A stretch of DNA of 32,757 bases from Octopus sinensis (taxonomy: Eukaryota). How positions within the stretch are numbered: position 1 is the stretch's first letter; every line of letters starts with the position of its first letter. The position numbers and the translations under genes were made by a program. The notes beneath the pieces are model-generated. The model was not told the DNA's origin and ran no database searches. It saw nothing but the letters and a program-made list of their open reading frames with translations. Positions 23,620-32,757 of the stretch are shown here, one piece after another. The DNA lies in the NCBI RefSeq assembly GCF_006345805.1, contig NW_021832791.1:1-32757 (forward strand), read 5' to 3'.

Positions 23620-23812
23620 CTAGAGGGTGGTGAGCTGACAGAATCTTTAGTTCTCCGGGCAAAATGCTCAACAGCATTTCGTCTTTCTTCGAATGTCTTC
23701 CAAGGTGGACTTTGCCTTTCATCATTTCGGGATCAGTAAAGTAAGTACTAGTGGTCGAGGTAATCAACTGACCTCTCCACCGAAATCGCTGGGTTTGTGC
23801 CAAAATTTGAAA
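23620..23812 (+). mobile_element. SINE family C (C2) with TSD
   Basis: 13-bp TSD CCAATACTTACAA at 23607-23619 and 23813-23825. Confidence 0.8.
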
Positions 23813-24399
23813 CCAATACTTACAACTATTATTTATAGCTTTACCTACTTCAAGTTGCACTGTTAAAATGAATTATTTCGCGATAGATAAGCACTTTATT
23901 GTATAGCATTTTCTTGAATGCATTATTCTGATCCCAAATTTTGTTTTTAGACATTCTCAAAATTATCGCATGTGTTTACAGAGTCGTTACAGTATCGACC
24001 CCCCCTCCCAAAAAAAAACTTGCAATGTTCATTGCGCGTCTTTCTGTTCAAGGTTCACATCTTACCGAGGTCAACTTTATCTTTTCTTTTTTTTTTCTTT
24101 CAGGATCGAATACGTAAAATACTGGTCGAGTAATGATATCGATAGAATGGACAAGCATTTCTCCTCAAAAATTGCTGGTTTTCTATTATTAAATTATTCA
24201 ATTTTTCATATTTTAAATTTTCTTTTCGATTTGCAATTTCAAGTCAATAAAAAACTGAGGCATTTCCGTCATTGCTACTGGTATCTGTAGATTTTGAGCG
24301 TTGGGTATTGGTATTCTGAAATTCTTAGACAAACTCGAAACAAAATACAATTTAACAGAACAATAGACTTTTCTAATCGTTTAACATTTATTTATTGGC

Positions 24400-24582
24400 T
24401 GCGAACAGGCAGAATCGTTAGCACGCCGGACTGTATCACTTCTCGGCCTTTAGACAAAGATCAAAGTGTAGTAGCGGACAGTATGCTTAGCGGTATTTCC
24501 CTGTCTTTACGTCTCCAGTTCAGATTGTAGTCGACTAAACTGCTCTCTAAACATTTCAGGCCTTGTGCCTATTGTAAGAAGA
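24400..24582 (+). mobile_element. SINE family C (C2), internally deleted, interrupted by a U2 fragment
   Basis: ggcagaatcgttagcacgccgga...atgcttagcggtatttc...catttcaggccttgtgcc. Confidence 0.7.
24435..24473 (+). pseudogene. U2: 3'-truncated U2 snRNA retrocopy (nt 1-39)
   Basis: ATCACTTCTCGGCCTTTAGACAAAGATCAAAGTGTAGTA matches about 35/39 nt of the metazoan U2 5' end as I recall it. TSD-like CGGACTGT / CGGACAGT. Confidence 0.85.
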
Positions 24583-24671
24583 GTGACATCATTTAGATGC
24601 GCTAAAATCTTGCTCTAAGAATTTTTGGTATGTTACAAACGTAACTAAAGGCACTAACATTTATTCTGGAT

Positions 24672-25225
24672 ATCAAGGCGGCGATCTGGCAGAATCGTTA
24701 GCACACCGGGCGAAATGCTTAGCGATATTTCGTCTGCCGTTACGTTCTGAGTTCAAATTCCGCCGAGGTTGACTTTGCTTTTCATCCTTCCGGGGTCGAT
24801 AAATTAAGTACCAGTTACGCACTGGGGTCGATGTAATAGACTTAATACCTATGTCTGTCCTTGTTTGTCCCCTCTATGTTTAGCCCCTTGTGGGTAATAA
24901 AGAAATAGGTATTTCGTCTGTCTCTGTGTTCAAATTCCGCCGAGGTCGATTAAATAAGTGCCAGTTACGCCCTAGGGACGATATAATCGACTTAATCCGT
25001 TTGTCTGTCCTTGTTTGTCTTCTCTGTGTTTATCCCCTTGTGGGTAGTAAAGAAATCGGTATTTCGTCTGCTGCTACGTCCTGAGTTCAAATTCCGCCGA
25101 AGTCGACTTTACATTTCATCCTTTCAGGGTCACTAAAACAAATAGCAGTTGAGCGCTGGGTACGATGTAATCGACTTGATGCTCTCCAGAAATTGCTGGC
25201 TCTGTACCAAAATTTGAAACCAATA
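24672..25225 (+). mobile_element. SINE family C trimer (C1, C1 partial, C2 end)
   Basis: Junctions aaagaaatag|gtatttcgtc (about 24908) and aaagaaatcg|gtatttcgtc (about 25059). The last unit has the C2 tail. Confidence 0.85.
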
Positions 25226-25236
25226 TTGATTTTGGA

Positions 25237-25445
25237 CATTAAGGTGGCGCGCTGGCAGAAACTGTAGCCTAACAGCATTTCGTCCGTCTTTACGTTTGGA
25301 GTTCGTGTCACACTGAGGTCGAATTTGCTTTTCATCCCTTTGGGGATCGATGAAATAACTACCAGGTGAACACTGGGATCAATATAATCGACTTCCCCTT
25401 CCTTTGAGTAACTACTGGCTCTGTGTCAAATATTGAAACCATTAA
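25237..25445 (+). mobile_element. SINE family C (C2), diverged
   Basis: ttaaggtggcgcgctggcagaa...gcttttcatccc...gaaaccattaatt. Confidence 0.7.
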
Positions 25446-25819
25446 TTTAAAAAGAAAACCCAACCAGCTCAGCCAATGAAGTAACGTTATTTGAGTTCAT
25501 GGATTGCGCAGCAAGCAACTGACACTGACTCCAGGAATGACATGAATATGATAAAATTCAAGAATGCTCTCTTTTATCAAGGCCATTTATAAACATGTTT
25601 ATTTCATCACATTATTCTTTCAATTCTGCCAGTTACTTTATATTTCTTCCTTAGTATGTAACTAACGTATTTTTGTGCCTCAATTTCTTGTTTTAGAGGA
25701 CATATAAAGTACGATATCATACTTTCTCCCTTATACATAACGGGGAAAACAGGCTTTAAAAAACCCATCTGGTTATATGATATATGAAATGATATAAACG
25801 TGTAGATACAAGATTGCGT

Positions 25820-25857
25820 GGTGTGTATGTATGTATGTACGTATGTGTATGCATACA

Positions 25858-25895
<38 letters not shown>

Positions 25896-25948
25896 TATGT
25901 ATTGATGTATGTATGTATGTATGTATGTATATGTGTATATATATATAT

Positions 25949-25997
<49 letters not shown>

Positions 25998-26024
25998 ATA
26001 TATATATGTATATATAGATATATT

Positions 26025-26056
<32 letters not shown>

Positions 26057-26114
26057 AATATATAATAGTATAATATATTTCTATATTATATATATATATA
26101 TATATATATCTATA

Positions 26115-26146
<32 letters not shown>

Positions 26147-26180
26147 GATATATATATAGATATATATATATTATATGATA
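25820..26180. repeat. (TATG)n/(TA)n low-complexity tract
   Basis: Read directly. Confidence 0.9.
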
Positions 26181-26683
26181 TTATCAGCAATTTAGGTTCT
26201 GAAAGAGATTACAAATTCGTAAGCTCGGTATTGTTACCATATTTGAGGAGAGAGGGAGCGACGGAGAGAGAGAGAGAGAGAGAGAGAGAAGTGGTGGGAG
26301 TAAATGTTTCAGTTTTTGTAATGAGTATAGAATTCCTTTTAAATACAAGTTTTTCCTAAAGCACTCATCTTCTATTTGATATTCTTCATAAGATCTTGAG
26401 AAGATAAGTAATTGCAAATAAGCAAGCAACATCATACCAAAAATAAGTTTCTGTTTGTATAATCTCATCAATATTTTCGTATTAAATGACGAATAAGGAA
26501 ATCAATTTATCGAATATTATTATTACATTAATAATTAAACCTTTCTGAGCACACAGTTAATAATTCAAAACTGTCACTTTTGTATTTTACCTTTTATGAG
26601 GCAATAGGATTCAGCGACAAATATTAATATTGCTGTTACTTTCCAGGTGTTTCTTTGTTCAGAGCGCTGCAGGGTCGATAAAG

Positions 26684-26685
<2 letters not shown>

Positions 26686-26746
<61 letters not shown>

Positions 26747-27050
26747 CTCTCCTCTCTCTCTCTCTCTATCTCCTCTCTATATATATTATATATTATATAT
26801 ATGTACATGTATATAGATAGATATAAAATTATATATGTATATATATATGTATGAATATATATGTGTATGTATATATATATATATATATTTATATATTATA
26901 TATATATATATATATAATATATATAATATATATATATATACACATATAATATATATATATAATATATATATATATATCAATGTATATATATAATATTATG
27001 TGTGTGTGTGTTGTACCTACATACGTACGTACGTATGTATGTGTATGTAT
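26686..27050. repeat. (TATC)n, (TC)n and (TA)n compound tract
   Basis: Read directly. Confidence 0.9.
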
Positions 27051-27532
27051 CTATCTTTCTGGAAACGATCAATTAATTTCAGTGAAATATATAGATCAAC
27101 TGTATTTGCTGATTTGTGGTTGTTTCGAGGCAAAAGAAATTGATCTATGTTTTCACAGTATTATTACCTTAGGAATTCCATAATAGAAAGTTTGTTTAAT
27201 AATATCGATACTCGATAAAATAGTTTGCTCTTTTAATGAAATATTTTAAATAGATTAATTGTCCTAGCTAATTGCTGTTAACCTACATTCACTAATTAAT
27301 TAAGCCCTGTATTGAGACTCAAATAGTTGAGTTTATAAAGTTTAAGAGTATGGGTGTTTGGTTCTCATCTTATCACCAACGTTTGACTGTGTCTAACGCT
27401 GAGGCATTTAAGTCTCGCTGAATCAATCCACCAAACTGTATGTATGTTAAGTTTTCGTCTGCCGTGAAATGCTTATAGCGAGATGCAACCATATTACACA
27501 CATATGCACACACACGCACACACACACATATA

Positions 27533-27758
27533 TACTCTTTACTCTTACTCTTTTTCTTGTTTCAGTCATATGACTGCGGCCATGCTGGAGCACCGCCTTT
27601 AATCGAGCAACTCGACCCCGGGACTTATTCTTTTGTAAGCCCAGTACTTATTCTATCGGTCTCTTTTGCCGAACCGCTAAGTAACGGGGACATAAACACA
27701 CCAGCATCGGTTTTCAAGCAATACTAGGGGGACAAACACAGACACACAATAACTCACA

Positions 27759-27810
<52 letters not shown>

Positions 27811-27974
27811 TACGACGGGCTTCTTTCAGTTTCCGTTTACCAAATCCACTCACAAGGCTTTGGTCGGCCCGAGGCTATAGTAGAAGACACTTGCCCAAGG
27901 TTTCACGCAGTGGGACTGAACCCGGAACCATGTGGTTGGTAAACAAGCTACTTACCACACAGCCACTCCTGCGC
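27533..27974 (-). mobile_element. SINE family B, full length
   Basis: Colinear with 1430-1966. Confidence 0.9.
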
Positions 27975-28029
27975 CTATATAATATATCATATATATGTAT
28001 ATGTGTATATATATATATATGCATATATA

Positions 28030-28327
28030 CAAAGCCTTGTGAGTGGATTTGGTAGACGGAAACTGAAAGAAGCCCGTCGTATATATGTATATATTTGTAT
28101 GTATGTGTGTGTCTGTTGATGTGTTTGTGTTTGTCACCCCAACATCGCTTGACAACCGATGGTGGAGTGTTTACGTCCCCGTAACTTAGCAGTTCGACAA
28201 AAGAGACCGATAGAATAAGTACTAGGCTTACAAAGAATAAGTCCTGGGGTCGATTTGCTCGACTAAAGACGGTGCTCCAGCATGGCCACAGTCAAATGAC
28301 TGAAACAAGTAAAATAGTAAAAAGAGT
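28030..28327 (+). mobile_element. SINE family B, 5'-truncated, inverted relative to 27533-27974
   Basis: Starts aaagccttgtgagtgg and ends aaacaagtaaaatagtaaaaagagt. Confidence 0.9.
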
Positions 28328-28379
28328 GTTAAATAAATATATATATATAATATATATATTATATATATATATATATGTA

Positions 28380-29643
28380 TAGGTTTGGACAAAATAATGG
28401 AAACACCTAGTATCATAGCATCATAATTTTCAAATATTATGAAACCGTCAAAAGCTTGTTTATTTATGTTTTTTGATTTGTTATTAGTGTTGCTTAATAT
28501 CTTTTGCTAAAATTGCTATTTATTTTCAGATATCATCAGAAAAAGGTAATTAAAATTCATTAAAATGACAGTTCTATCGGACTTTCAAAGATGTCAAATT
28601 GTTGGTGCTGTATGGCAAGTGCTAGCGTAAAGAAAACAGCTGAAATGTTTGGTGCGTCAAGAAGTACAGTCTTGAAAGTAATGACAGCCTTTGAGAAAGA
28701 GGGTGAAACCTTCTCGTCGAAAAAAAACTCCAGAAGAAAACCAAAGCATTCAGATAGGGACCGTCGGACTCTTACGCGAAATGTTAGAAAGGATCATAAA
28801 AGTACAGCTCCCAAAATTACTGCAGAGCTTAATGAACACCTCGAGAACCCAGTTTCTACAAAAACTGTTCGCCGGGAGCTGCACAAAGCCGGATTTCACG
28901 AGAGGGCTGCAATCAGAAAAAAACACTACTTTCAAAAGCAAACGTTGCAAAGCGTTTAGAGTTGAGTAAAAACCTACAGAATTGGTCCCTAGAGCAGTGT
29001 AAGAATGTTATTTCCTCGGACGAGTCATCCTTTACCTTATTTCCGACCACCGGCCGAGTAAACGTGTGGAGACAGCCAAAAGCAGCATTTGAACCAGACT
29101 GCCTTCTTCCGATTGGAGGAGGATCTGTGATGATGGAGGGGTGGGGGCTATATCTTGGAAATCTGTCAGCCCAATGGTTTCTGTTCATTGCAGAATTAAA
29201 ATTCAAAACTATTTAAGCATTTTATCGGATAAAATTTATCCTATGGTTGCGGAACTGTTTTCGGAAGGAAACGCAATCTTTTAGGATGATAATGCACCAA
29301 TTCACACAGGTGAAATTGTTACTGAATGGCACGAGGAACATTCTAGTGAAGATGAACATCTTATCTGGCCACCACAGTCCCCAGATCTCAATATTATTAA
29401 ACATTTATGGTGCATTTAAAAAAAAAGTAAGGAGTCGATATCTTCCACCATCATCACTACAAGAACTGGCGACTGTTTTAGCTGAAGAATGGACAAAAAT
29501 TCCTTTGGAAACAATTCAAAGTTTGTACAAATCCATACTTCGTAGAATTCAAATTTTAATTACTGCCAAAGGCGGTCCTACTCCATATTAAAATAAATTT
29601 GTTTGAAATTTTAAGTTGTTTCCATTATTTTATCCAAACCCTA
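28380..29643 (+). mobile_element. Full-length Tc1-family DNA transposon, 1264 bp
   Basis: TIRs of about 28 bp: TAGG(G)TTTGGA(C/T)AAAATAATGGAAACA at 28380 and its inverse ending at 29643. TA dinucleotide on both sides. Confidence 0.92.
28565..29591 (+). pseudogene. Tc1 transposase pseudogene, DD36E spacing
   Basis: MTVLSDFQRCQIVGA../MASASVKKTAEMFG (HTH), SSDESSF (Asp at 29019), F*DDNAP (Asp at 29288), WPPQSPDLNIIKHLW (Glu position is AAA at 29399). Several frameshifts and stops. Confidence 0.9.
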
Positions 29644-29667
29644 TATATATATATATATATATATGTA

Positions 29668-30018
29668 GTGGAGGGCAGCAGACTTGTGGTCGTAGGATCG
29701 CGGTTTTGATTCCCAGACTGGGCGTTGTGAGTGTTTATTGAGCGAAAACACCTAAACTTCCACGAGGCTCCGGCAGTGGGTTGGTTGTCGAACCCTGCTG
29801 CACTTCTTCACCACAACTTTCTCGCACTCGTTCTCCCTGTTTCTGTTGCACTTGTATTTCAAAGGGCCAGCCTTCTTCCACTTTGTATTACGGTGAATCT
29901 CCCGGAGAACTACGTTAAGGGTATCCCTGTCTGTGGATTGCTCAGCCACTTGCACGTTAATTTCACTAGTTCCGTTGATCGGATCAACTGGAACCCTCGT
30001 CGTCGTAACCGACAGAGT
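29668..30018 (+). mobile_element. SINE family A with A box deleted
   Basis: Same body and tail as 173-553. Confidence 0.85.
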
Positions 30019-30304
30019 ATATATATATATATATATATATATACATGCATATATATATTTCTGCATATATATGTATGTGTGTGGGTGTGTGTGTGTGTGT
30101 ATGTGTGTGTGTAACTGAGATTCAATTGAATCAGGTACAAAGTTACTAGTCGTGAGGAAACCAACACCATTTGTCAAGCAGTGCTGAGACAGACAGACAC
30201 GTACACACACGCATACACACACACATACACACACACGTGTATGTATATATATATATACACATACACAAACACATGAAAGCAATCTCGTACTATCCGCACA
30301 GGAT

Positions 30305-30684
30305 AATAAGCAACAGGATATCAAGTAGTGATGCAGTACGACCGTTTGAAGCGGCTCCATTTAATTGAACAATGCAATCATTACATCAATTTAAATGCAG
30401 TGCCCTCTTCAGCTGCAGAAATAAGTGTGCTTCATGCAATTCTTGGAACTGTAGTCTATTCTTAGCTACAATAGCGACAACATGAATTTTTTCCATCTTC
30501 TTGCTCTGTTAAATATTTGAGGAAAACTATATTAATGTGTCCGACTGGTTAAAACTCTATTTATAAATTTGTGCAACTGAAGATGGCATTGCATTTAAGT
30601 TGATGTAATGATTGCATTACTCAATTAAATGGAGTCGCTTGAAACGGTCGTACTGCATCACTACTTGATAACCTATTGCTTATT
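30305..30684. mobile_element. Fold-back element with 118-bp arms, each containing a hammerhead fold
   Basis: 30305-30422 and 30567-30684 are inverted repeats, about 90% identical, with a 144-bp spacer. Confidence 0.8.
30572..30657 (+). ncRNA. Decayed type I hammerhead fold (mirror copy at 30332-30417, minus strand)
   Basis: TGCA(A/G)-CTGAAGA-(T/G)GGC...GCTT-GAAA-C-GGTC-G-TA|CTGCA. Confidence 0.6.
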
Positions 30685-30761
30685 TTGACACACACACACA
30701 TATACATAGATACATACATACATAGATACATACATACAAAATACATACATACATACATACA

Positions 30762-30793
<32 letters not shown>

Positions 30794-30990
30794 GTATCTT
30801 GCTTTAGTCATTAAACTGCGTCCATGCTGGGGCACTGCCTTATAGGATTTTAGTCGATCAAATCGACACCTCTACTTATTTTTAGTCTGTTATTCTATCG
30901 TTCTCTTTTGCCCAGTCATAAAGTTACTAGACGTGAGAAAACCAATACCAGTTGTCAAGCAGTGTGGAGAGAGACAGATAGACATACATA
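30794..30990 (-). mobile_element. Old family B-related SINE 3' half (smaller fragment at about 30140-30215)
   Basis: actgcgtccatgctggggcac, tttagtcgatcaaatcgac, ttattctatcg, gttgtcaagc. Confidence 0.65.
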
Positions 30991-31100
30991 TTTATATATA
31001 TACATACACAAACATATGAAGTTGAAAATATCGTTCCTTTGGCTAAAAAGCTTAATCTATCCTCGGGTCTAATATCTTCACCTGTCCTAGGGTGCCTACA

Positions 31101-31481
31101 TAGGAGGCGCAATGGCCCAGTGGTTACGGCAGCGAACTCGCGGTCGTAGGATCGCGGTTTCGATTCCCAGACCGGGCGTTGTGAGTGTTTATTGAGCGAA
31201 AACACCTAAAGCTCCACGAGGCTCCGGCAGGGATGGTGGTGATCCCTGCTGTACTCTTTCACCACAACTTTCTCTCACTCTTTCTTCCTGTTTCTGTTGT
31301 ACCTGTATTTCAAAGGTCCAGCCTTGTCACTCTCTGTGTCACGCTGAATATCCCCGAGAACTACGTTAAGGGTGCACGTGTCTGTGGAGTGCTCAGCCAC
31401 TTACACGTTAATTTCACGAGCAGGCTGTTCCGTTGATCGGATCAACCGGAACCCTCGTCGTCGTAACCGACGGAGTGCTTC
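31101..31481 (+). mobile_element. SINE family A, full length
   Basis: Intact A and B boxes. Possible TSD CCTACA at 31095-31100 and 31482-31487. Confidence 0.9.
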
Positions 31482-31582
31482 CCTACAACGAAGTTCACAT
31501 TACGCTCATGACTTTGGTTTTAAGATATTTCATCCATGGTCTTGGAGGACTCTCCTTTCTGTTATTCAGCCATTAAAAGTAA

Positions 31583-31790
31583 TCCTTTCTACTATAGACA
31601 CAAGGCAGGAAATTTTTTGAGGTGGGGCTAGTCGATTGCATCAACCTCAATATTCAATTGATACTTATTTTATTGACTCCGAAAGAATGAAAAACAAAGT
31701 CGACCTCAGCGGCGTTTGAACTCCAGACGTAAAGCCGGGAGCAATGCTGCTAAGCATTAGCTGTACCGTGCGGTAACGATTCTGCCAGCT
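31583..31790 (-). mobile_element. SINE family C (C2), diverged
   Basis: ctttctactatagacacaaggc...caaagtcgacctcagcggc...aacgattctgccagct. Confidence 0.75.
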
Positions 31791-32210
31791 TCAAAGCCAT
31801 CAAAGAATAACAGACACATAGAAATATAAGGATCAACAGTAGTAGTTCATCAAGAACCAAAAGCAGAAGTTATATGAAGTTGAATATATACATTTTCAAA
31901 CAAGCTTATTCTATGTGGCACCAGCAAATGGTCCGTTTCCAAGAGAAACAAATTGTTGTTCCTCGATTTTATTGGAACACCTGGTACGATGTTCTGACAA
32001 AATCCCTAATGTAAATTGTTTATAAACTTCTGGCATTTTTCCAAAAACTTGTCTTGAAAATTCCATCGGTTTATCTTAGGTTCCTTTTACCTCAGCGCTT
32101 TATCTAACACCAATTAATTATTTTTGTTTTTCCTCTTCTTTTTTTTTTACCCCCAAAATTTATTACCGTTTCGCTTCTTTCTATTTCCCTTTCTTATACT
32201 TCTATTCACC

Positions 32211-32412
32211 GGCGGTGGACTGGCAAAATCGTTAGATTACCATTTTTGCGAGAATACCCTGTGATATTTGTTCCGGCTCACTACGTTCTGAGTTCAAATC
32301 CCGCCCAGGCTAACTTTGCCTACAGCGTCGATAATAAAACCACTGGAATTGAATTAATCGATTAATTCCTCTTCCTCAGTACATGGACTTGTACCTGACA
32401 TAAAAACCATTA
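32211..32412 (+). mobile_element. SINE family C (C2), diverged
   Basis: ggcggtggactggcaaaatcgttag...gttctgagttcaaatccc...actttgcc. Confidence 0.65.
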
Positions 32413-32477
32413 TACTTTTATGCAAACGCTAAATTCTTTGGTCTTTAATCTTTATAATACAGCTCTTCTTCTCTAAG

Positions 32478-32542
32478 CATTCTTTCCTTCTTTCTTTCTT
32501 TCTTTCTTTCTTTTCTTCTTTCTTTCTTTCCTTCTTTCTTTT

Positions 32543-32581
<39 letters not shown>

Positions 32582-32680
32582 AATTTACATATTGCGTAAC
32601 CCCTGTTTTTTTATTCTTTTTATTTCTTGCTTGGCAGCTCATAGATTTAGTCCTTCCACCTTACTTTGCACAATTTTTTC

Positions 32681-32744
<64 letters not shown>

Positions 32745-32745
32745 C
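32478..32745. repeat. (TTTC)n and (TGTC)n/(TC)n microsatellites
   Basis: Read directly. Confidence 0.9.
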
Positions 32746-32757
32746 CTATATATGTAT

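Noticed and set aside
31910-32066. 51-aa minus-strand ORF MEFSRQVFGKMPEVYK...
   Set aside because: Short, no polypyrimidine acceptor and no recognised homology.

Overview
Eukaryotic, AT-rich and repeat-saturated window with no intact protein-coding gene that I can identify. The SINE and microsatellite landscape looks like an octopod (Octopus-type) genome; this is inference from repeat style. Nearly every ORF in the track is a translation of a microsatellite or SINE. Supported content: about 30 copies or fragments of four tRNA-derived SINE families (labelled A-D here), several with target-site duplications (TSDs); a full-length but dead Tc1 transposon with DD36E-type spacing (28380-29643); a fold-back DD41D (rosa-like) transposon derivative (20456-21256); a 5'-truncated R4/Dong-like non-LTR element between (TAA)n tracts (17142-17933); a probable Helentron/HINE-type element; a hAT-type MITE; and a 39-nt U2 snRNA 5' fragment inside a SINE. 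The most interesting signal is three unrelated sequence families carrying type I hammerhead-ribozyme folds with a minimal helix III, as known from Penelope-like elements (PLEs): 7192-7275; three identical copies at 14541, 15215 and 22446; and 30332/30572. Two of these families are arranged as fold-back palindromes. All folds were read by eye and ribozyme activity is untested. A few low-confidence candidate host exons are noted.
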